DNA of 63,383 bases, from assembly GCA_964373045.1 (NCBI GenBank), contig CAYJSI010000009.1, positions 1-63,383 of the forward strand, given 5' to 3'. A program made the translations under genes and the position numbers. The stretch's first letter is position 1; the number at the start of each line of letters is the position of its first letter. Source of the DNA: an uncultured bacterium (lineage in GTDB: Bacteria > Omnitrophota > Omnitrophia > Omnitrophales > Aquincolibacteriaceae). Positions 36,387 through 45,914 of this stretch are shown here, one piece after another. A model generated the notes under the pieces. It saw only the letters and a list, made by a program, of their open reading frames with translations, did no database searches and was not told the origin of the DNA.

Positions 36387-37157
36387 ATGGGTTTTGTTGA
36401 TACGCACGTTCATCTTCATTTTCCTGATTTTGATTCGGACCGCGCTGAAGTCATGAAGCGGGCTCAATCAGCCGGCGCCGACTGTTTTATCAATGTTGGA
36501 ACGGACCTCGAAAGCTCCAAGGCCTCCATCCAATTAGCCGAGGCTCATTCCAATGTCTATGCGACGGTGGGAGTGCATCCCCACGATGCCAAGGATGCGA
36601 CGCCTCAGTCGCTTAAGGCCATCACCGAACTCGCCCGCCATCCCCGCGTGGTGGCGATCGGGGAGGTGGGACTTGATTATTTCAGGGATCACTCGCCGCG
36701 TGAAACGCAAAAGGAGATCTTCCGATTTTTTCTCAAGCTCCACCGCGAAGTTGGAAAGGCGCTTGTCATTCATTGCCGCGATGCCTATCAGGATTTGGCC
36801 GATTTTCTGATTACCGAAATGAAGCCGCCCTTTCGGGGAGTCATGCACTGTTTTTCTTCCGATACAGACACCATGAAGCGTTTCCTCGATCTTGGGTTTT
36901 ACATTTCCTTTGCCGGGCCTCTAACTTACAAAAAAAATGACGGCTTGCGAGACGCCTGCCGGACCTGCCCCTTAGACCGGCTTTTACTTGAAACAGACGC
37001 CCCCTTTCTTCCGCCTCAGTCCTTGAGAGGAAAGCGCAACGAATCCGCCTTTCTTCTTGAAACTGCAAAAGTGGCGAGCGATCTTTTGGGTATCACGCTC
37101 AAAACGCTGGGGGAGAGGACCCGCGCGAATGCGGAAACGCTTTTCCGTTTATGCTAA
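36387..37157 (+). CDS. tatD: TatD-family hydrolase
   Basis: DTHVH, GVHPH, GEVGLDY, IHCR, HCF, ETDAP. Confidence 0.93.
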   Translation: MGFVDTHVHLHFPDFDSDRAEVMKRAQSAGADCFINVGTDLESSKASIQLAEAHSNVYATVGVHPHDAKDATPQSLKAITELARHPRVVAIGEVGLDYFRDHSPRETQKEIFRFFLKLHREVGKALVIHCRDAYQDLADFLITEMKPPFRGVMHCFSSDTDTMKRFLDLGFYISFAGPLTYKKNDGLRDACRTCPLDRLLLETDAPFLPPQSLRGKRNESAFLLETAKVASDLLGITLKTLGERTRANAETLFRLC

Positions 37158-38239
37158 AAGACATCGTTGCATTTTTTAAAAGGGAAAAATTTTACACGTT
37201 CCTTTTTTTTGTCTTCGTCCTGGCCGTGGGCTTCTCGCATTTTCGGCCGGAACCCAACCCCCTTGCTCAAAAAAACTCCGAGGTTCTTCAGAAATTCAAG
37301 CGGGCGGAGACACGATTGCAGGAGCGGATTCGGGAAGCGGGTTCCATGCAAAAATATTTAGAGGACCATCCCGAGGCGGCGGGGCTGCTGAGCGCTCTGA
37401 CATTCTTTGCCCTGGGAGGATTGACCCTGGGTCTTGCGCTGGATTTTCTTTTCCTGTTTAGCCGGGGTTTTCGCAAGCGCTTTACGCGGGTCATCCCACC
37501 TCGCGCCTCTCCCTGGTGCGCTTCCATGATAACGAAGGTGATTTTACTTTTTACGGCGGGCAGTTTGATCACGGGATTTTTCATGTCCGTGGCGGGGCGC
37601 TTTTTATCCGGAGAAGCGATCCCAAGTAACCTTCTTATTCTGCTCCATACGACATTGATGGATATCCTGTGTTTTCTTTTCATTCTTTACGTGATCAAGC
37701 CGGCGGGGATGGGGCTTAAGGATTTGGGATTTCAAATTCCAGAGACGGGCCTTCTGCGGGAAATGTTTCTTGGCTGGGTCGGTTACCTTGCGATTTTACC
37801 TTGTTTTATCATCCTGCTTGTCTTGCTGGTTTTTTTATCGGAGTTGATGCAGTACGAGCCGCCGGCGCATCCCCTCGTGGGAGTTTTCCTCGAAGAAGGG
37901 AAGCGCTCGCCTTACTTGATCGCCTACTCCATTTTTCTTGGGACCGTGATCGGCCCTTTTTTCGAAGAGGTTTTTTTCCGGGGTTTGTGCTACTCCGCCT
38001 TGAAAGCGCGGTGGGGGACGCTCACGGCAACGCTTGTGAGCGCCGGTTTTTTTGCCCTCATCCATGAAAATAGCTTTGCCTTTTGGCCGATTTTTGTGCT
38101 TGGCTGCGTGCTCGCCCTCCTTTATGAAAAAAGAGGATCTCTCATTGCGCCGATCACGCTTCATATCACGCACAATGCTGTTTTTATCACCTACTTTTTC
38201 CTGGCCAAGAAATGGGTGGGGCTGGAAGCGAACTTTTAA
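37151..38239 (+). CDS. CPBP (CAAX/Abi) family intramembrane protease
   Basis: Multiple TMs, EEVFFRG, FALIH, HITHN. Confidence 0.88.
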   Translation: MLKDIVAFFKREKFYTFLFFVFVLAVGFSHFRPEPNPLAQKNSEVLQKFKRAETRLQERIREAGSMQKYLEDHPEAAGLLSALTFFALGGLTLGLALDFLFLFSRGFRKRFTRVIPPRASPWCASMITKVILLFTAGSLITGFFMSVAGRFLSGEAIPSNLLILLHTTLMDILCFLFILYVIKPAGMGLKDLGFQIPETGLLREMFLGWVGYLAILPCFIILLVLLVFLSELMQYEPPAHPLVGVFLEEGKRSPYLIAYSIFLGTVIGPFFEEVFFRGLCYSALKARWGTLTATLVSAGFFALIHENSFAFWPIFVLGCVLALLYEKRGSLIAPITLHITHNAVFITYFFLAKKWVGLEANF

Positions 38240-38241
38240 AG

Positions 38242-39183
38242 ATGAAGCGAAGCGAATTTGAATGGATCCACTGGCTCACGCAAAGGATTCCGAAGCGGCT
38301 TCAGGGCCGCCCCGGGATTGGGGACGATGCCGCCGTGTTGCCCGACGGGGGTAGCGAATCCCTTCTTTTTACGACGGATACCTTGGTGGAGGGTGTGGAC
38401 TTCAGGCTGCGTGATGCCCGGCCCGAGCTTGTGGGCCGAAAGGCTCTTGCCGTCAACTTAAGCGATATCGCCGCCATGGGAGGGAGGCCGCTTGCCTTTG
38501 TCATGGCGCTTGGAATTCCGAGGAATTTTAATAACGCGTGGGTTGAAAAATTTTATCAAGGAGCGATCCGGATGGCGAAGGAATATAAAACGCTGTGGGT
38601 GGGAGGGGACCTCAGCCGCTCCCGTCAATTTTTTGTAACGATTGCCCTCCTCGGATGCGCCAAGAGACGCGAGATTATTTTCCGCCGAGGGGCGAAGCCG
38701 GGTGACTGGATCGGCGTGACGGGCTCGCTCGGAGGATCCATTTTAGGAAAACACTTTAGATTTCATCCCAAGATCCGTGAGGGCTGCTTTCTTGCAAGCC
38801 GTTTTCATCCCACAGCCATGATGGATTCCTCCGACGGTCTTTTGCAGGACCTCGGCCATATCCTCAAGGCCTCGGGCGTTGGGGCCGACATTGATTTAGA
38901 TAAAATCCCTGTTTCAGCTGCGGCGAGGCAGCTTGCAAAAAAAGATCCTCAACGGGCTTTGAAGCATGCCTTAACGGACGGAGAGGATTTTGAACTCCTT
39001 TTTACCATGCCGCCCGGCAAAGCAAAAAGATGTAAAAAAGTATGGCAACGGTCTTTCTCAGGTTCTAAACTCACATGGATCGGACGCATCAGGACTCGGA
39101 AGGGCGCTTCGATCGCTTATTTTAACCGCTCGAGGTCCGTTTCGGCCCCTGCATTCAAGCGTTATGGATTCAGTCATTTCTAA
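38242..39183 (+). CDS. thiL: Thiamine-monophosphate kinase
   Basis: GIGDDAA, NLSDIAAMG, GGD, DSSDGL, GEDFELL. Confidence 0.94.
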   Translation: MKRSEFEWIHWLTQRIPKRLQGRPGIGDDAAVLPDGGSESLLFTTDTLVEGVDFRLRDARPELVGRKALAVNLSDIAAMGGRPLAFVMALGIPRNFNNAWVEKFYQGAIRMAKEYKTLWVGGDLSRSRQFFVTIALLGCAKRREIIFRRGAKPGDWIGVTGSLGGSILGKHFRFHPKIREGCFLASRFHPTAMMDSSDGLLQDLGHILKASGVGADIDLDKIPVSAAARQLAKKDPQRALKHALTDGEDFELLFTMPPGKAKRCKKVWQRSFSGSKLTWIGRIRTRKGASIAYFNRSRSVSAPAFKRYGFSHF

Positions 39184-39184
39184 G

Positions 39185-39637
39185 ATGAAAAAAGTAAAAT
39201 CACGGGAAGAAATCTTTCTGAGCGCCTCGCCCAATCAGACCCTTCAATTGGCGCGAAGATTCGCGAAGACAATCAAGCCCGGGACGGTGCTCGCACTCAT
39301 CGGAAATTTAGGGAGCGGGAAAACCACCTTTATTAAAGGAATCGCCCTGGGGCTTGGGTTGAAGGATGTCTCCGAGGTGAAAAGCCCAACGTTTGTTCTG
39401 ATGCACATTTATCCCACGCCGATCCCGCTTTACCACTTTGACCTTTATCGCCTCGAGGGCTTGAAGGAAATCCGCGATATCGGTTTCGAGGAGTTTGCGA
39501 ATGATCCCAAGGCCGTTACCTGTGTTGAGTGGGGAGAAAAGGCGAAAGGGTTACTCCCCGCTAGGGCGCGCTCGATTTTCTTTGAGATGACGGGTGAGCA
39601 TGAAAGAGTCATTCGTCTTGAGCGGGGGGAAAAATGA
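39185..39637 (+). CDS. tsaE: tRNA t6A biosynthesis ATPase TsaE
   Basis: GNLGSGKT, SPTF, HFDLYR, EW. Confidence 0.94.
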   Translation: MKKVKSREEIFLSASPNQTLQLARRFAKTIKPGTVLALIGNLGSGKTTFIKGIALGLGLKDVSEVKSPTFVLMHIYPTPIPLYHFDLYRLEGLKEIRDIGFEEFANDPKAVTCVEWGEKAKGLLPARARSIFFEMTGEHERVIRLERGEK

Positions 39638-40005
39638 AGACTAGTTCCATTGATTTTGAGATTTCATTTTACGAGGGAATTATTAAGGGGAGCCCCAATT
39701 ATATCGATGCCCTTATCCTGCTTGCCGAGGCTTACACCCGAAAAGGACTTTATGCCAAAGGTCTTCAGGCGGATCAGCGCCTTGCAGAGCTATGTCAGAA
39801 GGATTCCATTGTTTATTACAATCTCGCCTGCAGCTATGCCTTGGTGGGTGAAAAAGCCGCTTCACTTAAAACGCTCCGTCAGGCCATTCAACTTGGCTAT
39901 CGGGATTTCGCCCATCTTAGGAAAGATCCCGACTTGAAATGCCTGCACGAAGAGGCTGATTTTAAAAGTCTGCTCAAAAGTTTGATTAAGACGAATCGGG
40001 ACTAA
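39634..40005 (+). CDS. Small TPR-like protein
   Basis: YNLACSYAL..A...L..AI.LG..D.DL pattern. Confidence 0.75.
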   Translation: MKTSSIDFEISFYEGIIKGSPNYIDALILLAEAYTRKGLYAKGLQADQRLAELCQKDSIVYYNLACSYALVGEKAASLKTLRQAIQLGYRDFAHLRKDPDLKCLHEEADFKSLLKSLIKTNRD

Positions 40006-40032
40006 TCGTCGCACAGAAAGGAATATAGCTTC

Positions 40033-40344
40033 ATGCCAACTTATGAATACAAATGTAAGGCCTGCGCGCATCGATTTGAGAAATTTCAATCCATGACTGA
40101 AAAGGCCATCCGGAAGTGCCCCAAGTGCGGCAAGTTAAAGGTAGAACGCCTGATCAGCGGCGGAGGCGGGATTATTTTTAAAGGGAGCGGGTTTTATCAG
40201 ACGGATTACCGGTCAAAGGGTTATCAGGAGGCCGCGAAAAAGGAAGCCGACTCAAAACCAAAACCTAAGGAGATCTCGGGCGAAAAAAAGGCGACGCCCG
40301 CCCCGCAAAGTACGGCTCAGAAGAAAAGCGATGAAAAAAAGTAA
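40033..40344 (+). CDS. FmdB-family zinc-ribbon protein
   Basis: MPTYEYKCKAC..FE, CPKCG, FKGSGFYQTDY. Confidence 0.9.
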   Translation: MPTYEYKCKACAHRFEKFQSMTEKAIRKCPKCGKLKVERLISGGGGIIFKGSGFYQTDYRSKGYQEAAKKEADSKPKPKEISGEKKATPAPQSTAQKKSDEKK

Positions 40345-40897
40345 TCCACTCATAATTTTTATTTGCGGTATTTTCATTTTCGTTCCCCCGGGTTTAACTC
40401 AGGAAACGGGTGAAAGGGTTGATAACGCCGATGCCGCAGGGAAAATGACGCTTACAAGCCCGGCCTTTCAAGCGGGAGAGATGATTCCCCCTCTTTACAC
40501 CTGCGATGATAAGGATATTTCTCCTCCGCTTCGATGGAGTCAGGCTCCCAAGGGGACTCAAAGCTTTGCGCTTATTATGGATGACCCCGATGCTCCGATG
40601 GGGACGTGGGTGCACTGGGTGCTCTACAACCTCCCCCCGACCGTGGACATGCTGCCCGAGGCCCTGCCCGGTATTCGAAAACTGGCTAATGCCGAGAAGC
40701 AGGGCCATAACAGTTCCGGTGAAATCGGTTACGCGGGTCCCTGCCCGCCGAGCGGCACGCACCGCTATTACTTTAAAATGTATGCCCTGGATACTGCGCT
40801 TCTTCTCGAAGGTGATGTGACAAAGCAGGATCTTCTCAAGGCCATGGAAGGTCACATCCTCGCCGAAGCTGAACTGATGGCCCGCTATGAAAGATAA
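40331..40897 (+). CDS. YbhB/YbcL (PEBP/RKIP-like) protein
   Basis: SPPLRW, DDPDAP..WVHW, GYAGPCPP..HRYYF. Confidence 0.92.
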   Translation: MKKSNPLIIFICGIFIFVPPGLTQETGERVDNADAAGKMTLTSPAFQAGEMIPPLYTCDDKDISPPLRWSQAPKGTQSFALIMDDPDAPMGTWVHWVLYNLPPTVDMLPEALPGIRKLANAEKQGHNSSGEIGYAGPCPPSGTHRYYFKMYALDTALLLEGDVTKQDLLKAMEGHILAEAELMARYER

Positions 40898-40910
40898 ATT
40901 TTTCTGATCT

Positions 40911-42815
40911 ATGTGCGGAATCTGCGGCATCGCCGCGAGTGATCCTAAGGAAACGCCTGAGCTTTCAACCCTGAAGGCCATGGCCCGTGTGCTGAGGCAC
41001 CGGGGTCCGGATCAGGAGAATTTCTACGCAAGCGAGGGGATCGGCTTGGGGCATGAGCGCTTAAGCGTGATTGACCTTAGCACCGGCAGCCAGCCGATGA
41101 CGAACGAAACCGGAAAGCTCTGGATTGTCTTTAACGGCGAAATCTATAACTTCAAAGAATTAAAAGACCTGCTCCAAAAGAAGGGCCACCCTTTTAAAAC
41201 GCAGTCCGATACGGAAGTGATTCTTCATCTCTATGAAGAAAAGGGCGCCGATTGCGTGCGTGATTTGCGCGGCATGTTTGCCTTTGCGATTTGGGACAGC
41301 GATCAGAAATCCCTTTTTCTCGCTCGCGACCGGGTTGGAAAAAAACCACTTTTTTACTCTTTCTGGCAGGAAAGGTTCTATTTTGCCTCCGAGATCAAGG
41401 CCATCCTGCAGGTCCCCGGTTTTCCGCGGGAAGTGGATCCGGATGCCGTGAACTCTTATTTTGCCCACACCTACGTCCCTTATCCCGCCACCGCCTTTCG
41501 GCATGTCGTCGAACTTCCGCCGGCACACACCCTAACGCTTAGGCAGGGAAAATGGAATACAACGTCTTATTGGAAGCCGTCCTTTGAAAACAAAATCCAG
41601 GTAAGTGTTAACGAAGCCAGTGAACGGCTTGAACATCTTTTAGAGGAAAGTGTCCGGCTTCGGATGATAAGCGATGTCCCACTTGGGGCCTTCTTAAGCG
41701 GCGGCATTGACTCGAGCGCCGTCGTAGCCACCATGGCGAAACTTTCTTCAAGGCCGATCAAGACCTTTTCCATCGGCTTTGAAGAGCAGGGTTTTAACGA
41801 GCTTCCCTATGCCCGCATGGTGGCCGAGCGTTACGGCACCGATCACGAGGAGTTTGTGGTGCGTCCCAATGCCATGGAGATCATTCCCAAAATCATCTGG
41901 CATTACGACCAGCCTTTTTCGGATTCCTCCGCGCTCCCGACCTTTTATGTGTCCCAGATGGCGCGATCCAAAGTGACGGTGGCCTTGAACGGTGACGGGG
42001 GAGATGAGAATTTTTGCGGTTATACCCGGTATCTCGGTCTTAAGGCCTGGAAAATGCTTTCGCGTATTCCCTGGCCGATGCGAAAGGCGATCGCGTCCCT
42101 TAGCCTTATTCTGGGACGGCCGGAGCACCCCACTCATTTTTTTTCGCGGGCGCATCGATTTCTGAAATATCTTAAAGAGCCCTCTCTGGAAAATATTTAT
42201 TTGAGGTTAATGATTCAGTATTCCAAGGAAAAAAGAGGAGAATTATTCAGCCGCGAATTTCAAGGCAGGCTCCAAAAAGGGGAGCCGGAAGATTTTATCC
42301 TTGGTATTTTGCGGGCGAATCCCTTAAAAGATCCGCTCGATCGATTTTGCCTTGCGGAGCTGCTTACCTATTTGCCCTGCGATCTCTTGGTTAAAATGGA
42401 CCGCGCCTCGATGGCCTACGGCCTGGAGACGCGTTCCCCTTTGCTGGACCATCATTTAATCGAGTTTGCCGCCTCGTTACCGATTTCCATGAAAATTCGT
42501 GGACTGTCCCTTAAATATCTGCTTAAACGGATGATGCGCGGCAGGCTTCCCGAGGCCATCTTGCGGCGCCCCAAGTGGGGTTTTAGTATTCCCATCTCGC
42601 GTTGGTTCCGGCACGAACTTAAAGATTATCTGTGCTCCATCCTTCTTGATGCCAAGACGCTTTCCCGTTCTTACTGGAATCCGGCGGTTTTGAAACAATA
42701 CGTGGAAGATCACCAGAGCGGCCGCTCTGAACACGGATTCCGGCTGTGGACCCTTCTCATGTTCGAGCTCTGGCATCGCCATTTCATTGATCAATGTCCA
42801 AAAGATCCGCTTTAA
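40911..42815 (+). CDS. asnB: Asparagine synthase (glutamine-hydrolysing)-family amidotransferase, probably glycan-modifying
   Basis: MCGI, HRGPD, FNGEIYN, ARDR.GKKP, LSGGIDS, GDGGDE, DRASM..ETRSP. Confidence 0.9.
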   Translation: MCGICGIAASDPKETPELSTLKAMARVLRHRGPDQENFYASEGIGLGHERLSVIDLSTGSQPMTNETGKLWIVFNGEIYNFKELKDLLQKKGHPFKTQSDTEVILHLYEEKGADCVRDLRGMFAFAIWDSDQKSLFLARDRVGKKPLFYSFWQERFYFASEIKAILQVPGFPREVDPDAVNSYFAHTYVPYPATAFRHVVELPPAHTLTLRQGKWNTTSYWKPSFENKIQVSVNEASERLEHLLEESVRLRMISDVPLGAFLSGGIDSSAVVATMAKLSSRPIKTFSIGFEEQGFNELPYARMVAERYGTDHEEFVVRPNAMEIIPKIIWHYDQPFSDSSALPTFYVSQMARSKVTVALNGDGGDENFCGYTRYLGLKAWKMLSRIPWPMRKAIASLSLILGRPEHPTHFFSRAHRFLKYLKEPSLENIYLRLMIQYSKEKRGELFSREFQGRLQKGEPEDFILGILRANPLKDPLDRFCLAELLTYLPCDLLVKMDRASMAYGLETRSPLLDHHLIEFAASLPISMKIRGLSLKYLLKRMMRGRLPEAILRRPKWGFSIPISRWFRHELKDYLCSILLDAKTLSRSYWNPAVLKQYVEDHQSGRSEHGFRLWTLLMFELWHRHFIDQCPKDPL

Positions 42816-44311
42816 ACGCGCCCTCAAAAAATAGGATAGCTCGCGTTCTTCTAGGGGCGGCCACCGCGCTCGTTTTCTCTCCCCTTGTTTTAGCGCTTGA
42901 GGTGAGGGAGCCGCAAATGGCCGGCTCGTTTTATCCGGCCAACCCGTCTCAACTGAGTTCTGAAATCGATCTTCTTCTTGCCGGCGTCTCAATCGATCCG
43001 CCTCAAGGCGATCTTTTTGCACTGATCGCGCCGCACGCGGGGATCGTTTACTCCGGCCGAGTCGCCGCCCATGGCTATAAGCTCCTTAAGGACAAAGAAA
43101 TTGAAACGGTTGTTTTAATCGGGCCGAGCCACCGGATCCCATTTCGAGGAGCCTCGGTCTGGCAGGGCGGATCATGGAAAACGCCCTTAGGAGAAATTCC
43201 CATCGATGAGGGGCTCGCTCAGGCGATTGCGGGAGAAAGCCCGGACCTTCAATATTCGTCTGAGGTCCATATCCCGGAGCATTCCCTTGAAGTCCAGCTT
43301 CCCTTTCTTCAGAGGGTCCTCGAAAATTTTAAAATCGTACCTATTTTGGTAGGAGACCTATCGCTTACAACCTCGAATACCCTGGCGCGCGCTCTCGATC
43401 AACACGTCAGGGGAAAAAAGGTATTGATCGTTGCCTCAACCGATATGAGTCATTATCACGCCTCAAAGGAGGCGGAAACAATGGATCAGCATACCCTCGA
43501 TTTGATCAAGTCGCTGGATTCCGTGAGCCTTTTCTCCGAACTTCAGGCGGGGAGAAGCGAGCTTTGCGGCGCCGCGGCCGTTTTAACTCTTCTCGATCTT
43601 CTGAAACTTCGTGGCATAAAAGACATTCAAGGCTTAAAATATGCCCACAGCGGGCATGCCACAGGAGATGTGTCGCGGGTTGTAGGTTATAGCGCTTTTG
43701 CCATCTATCATCCCTCGGCGGGGAATGCCACTCGCTCCGGAGAAGCGGAGAAGGAAATGCAAGATCAACTCAATTCTGAACAGAAAACTTGGCTTTTAAA
43801 ATTGGCCCGTAACACCCTTACGACTTTTGTGACTCAGGGGAAAACCGTGACTCCTGAGGCCGCAGACTCTCGTTTAAAAGAAACCCAGGCGGCCTTTGTG
43901 ACCCTGCATAAGGAAGGAGAGCTCCGCGGTTGCATTGGCCACATCCTTCCCGTAGAACCCCTTTACTTATCCATTCGAAATAATGCTATTTCGGCCGCGA
44001 CCCAAGACCCCCGCTTTCCACCCGTCACCTCCGATGAGCTTCAGGACCTCGAAATCGAGATCTCTGTCCTCGAGGTACCGCGCCGTATCTTTGATGTGGG
44101 AGAAATTGTCATGGGTGAGCATGGAGTTATCCTAAAGCGCGAAGGCCGATCGGGGGTTTTTCTTCCCAAGGTGGCCACGGAGACGGGTTGGACGAAAGAG
44201 CGATTCTTAAGCGAACTTTGTTCCCAAAAAGCCGGGCTCAGGGGGGATTGCTGGAAGGATCCGGCGACAGAGGTCTACATTTTTGGCACCCAGGACTTCG
44301 GCGAAAAATAG
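42794..44311 (+). CDS. AmmeMemoRadiSam protein B (MEMO1) / protein A (AMMECR1) fusion
   Basis: B part: AGSFYP, PHAG..YSG, GPSH, EHSLEVQLPF, STDMSHY, VVGY. A part: FVTL..LRGCIG, DPRF, EISVL, FLP.V. Confidence 0.9.
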   Translation: MSKRSALNAPSKNRIARVLLGAATALVFSPLVLALEVREPQMAGSFYPANPSQLSSEIDLLLAGVSIDPPQGDLFALIAPHAGIVYSGRVAAHGYKLLKDKEIETVVLIGPSHRIPFRGASVWQGGSWKTPLGEIPIDEGLAQAIAGESPDLQYSSEVHIPEHSLEVQLPFLQRVLENFKIVPILVGDLSLTTSNTLARALDQHVRGKKVLIVASTDMSHYHASKEAETMDQHTLDLIKSLDSVSLFSELQAGRSELCGAAAVLTLLDLLKLRGIKDIQGLKYAHSGHATGDVSRVVGYSAFAIYHPSAGNATRSGEAEKEMQDQLNSEQKTWLLKLARNTLTTFVTQGKTVTPEAADSRLKETQAAFVTLHKEGELRGCIGHILPVEPLYLSIRNNAISAATQDPRFPPVTSDELQDLEIEISVLEVPRRIFDVGEIVMGEHGVILKREGRSGVFLPKVATETGWTKERFLSELCSQKAGLRGDCWKDPATEVYIFGTQDFGEK

Positions 44312-44456
44312 AATTCAGCAAGAGTTTCTCCACAGATTTTCTGCCCGTTTGCGGAAATTATCGCGTCAACTTTCTCTGACCCATCCCGATACATCTAAGA
44401 TAGATTCCATCCCGTAGAGCAGTTTTGCGCTGGATGAGATAAAAGGAGGCTCTTCT

Positions 44457-45902
44457 TTGGGTTCAAAGAGGGTTTTTATTGTAATCCTCCTCGCCATTTT
44501 GGTTGCCATCTGGATAGGGAAAAGCATCGCTACCGGGCAAGCCGAAGTAAGTCTTATGATCCTCGGGGGGGTTGTGCTAGGGGGTCTTGCTTTCTTTCGA
44601 CCTGATACGGGGCTTCTCATTGTTTTCTTCTCAGCCCTGATACTTCCGGGATTCGAGGCGGGGGTGCTATCGGATGAAAGTGCTTACGCCACGGGCGGGC
44701 GAAAAATTGTTCTGAGACCTGAGGATATCCTTATTGTCATCATTTCTATCGGCTGGCTGGCTCACTCCGCCATTCAAAAAATTTTGGGTAACGAAAATCG
44801 AATCCTCCGTTCCCCCATTACCATGGCCGTCACGATTTTCATGATTTTAGCCGCCATTTCCACGGTGATCGGCATCGCGCAGGGGACAACGTCCTTTTCA
44901 AGGGGCTCCTTATTTTTGATCAAAAGATTTGAATACTTTTTCATTTTTTTTATGACTTATTACACCGTGCGGCGTCCCGAACAGGCTGAGTTTCTCATGA
45001 AATTTTTTTTGTGGGGGAGCGCGCTTGTCATTTTAATGGGAGTGATTCAAAGGCTCCAGGGCGTGAAGCTTGTAACCTCCACTTTTACGGAAAGCGGTGC
45101 TAATCCGCTGGCGAGCTTTTGTTTGATCATCATTCCTTTACTCGTTAATCTGATCATCGAAAACCGTAACGGTCTATTTCGAATTTTAATGGCATTTTAT
45201 TTAGCATGTACGATTTATGTTTTTCTTTATACCCTCTCACGAGGCGGATATGTGGGTTTTATTTTCGCAGTCCTGGTATTCCTGTTGCTGCGCAGAAAGT
45301 TGCACCTCATTATTCCGTTGGTCCTTATGGGGATTCTTGCTTATAGTCAACTTCCCAAGGCGTTAACCCGCGAAATCTCGAGTATTGAAGGAGTGCTTCC
45401 CAGCCATCAAAAGTCATTTCAGAAAATGGCGAGTCGACTTAATGGGATGGATCAAAGACAACTTGACATGGCCTTCCATACCGCCGGCATTGATCCCTCT
45501 TGGGCTGCGCGCCTAAAGGCGGGGATCTTGGTGTCAGAACTTGTGAGCAAATACCCCCTCCTGGGCGGCGGGCTCGGAAGCGTTGAACTATCTTATGTCG
45601 ATAATCAGTATGCCATGGATCTCGCAAGTCTCGGTTTCGTAGGTTTAGCCTTGTTTTTATTTATGCTTTATAAGATTATTCGCTTCCTTTATGTCCTTTG
45701 GGTTAAATCTAAAGGGCTTGATTTTTGGACGAATAATTTCGCATTCGCTATGCTTTGCGGGACCCTGGGTATGATGGTGCATGCCTTGACCGTGACCAAT
45801 TTTTATACGATTCGAACCATGGTGCCCTTTTGGTTCCTCATGGGTGTTCTTGCGGCGGCGAACCGAATCCATTTCGAGGAAACCGAACCGGTCGAGGCCT
45901 GA
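44457..45902 (+). CDS. O-antigen ligase/polymerase-like membrane protein
   Basis: Many TMs, TLSRGG, PLLGGGLG, DNQY...GFVGL. TTG start after AGGAGG. Confidence 0.75.
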   Translation: MGSKRVFIVILLAILVAIWIGKSIATGQAEVSLMILGGVVLGGLAFFRPDTGLLIVFFSALILPGFEAGVLSDESAYATGGRKIVLRPEDILIVIISIGWLAHSAIQKILGNENRILRSPITMAVTIFMILAAISTVIGIAQGTTSFSRGSLFLIKRFEYFFIFFMTYYTVRRPEQAEFLMKFFLWGSALVILMGVIQRLQGVKLVTSTFTESGANPLASFCLIIIPLLVNLIIENRNGLFRILMAFYLACTIYVFLYTLSRGGYVGFIFAVLVFLLLRRKLHLIIPLVLMGILAYSQLPKALTREISSIEGVLPSHQKSFQKMASRLNGMDQRQLDMAFHTAGIDPSWAARLKAGILVSELVSKYPLLGGGLGSVELSYVDNQYAMDLASLGFVGLALFLFMLYKIIRFLYVLWVKSKGLDFWTNNFAFAMLCGTLGMMVHALTVTNFYTIRTMVPFWFLMGVLAAANRIHFEETEPVEA

Positions 45903-45914
45903 TCGGATTTTCAT

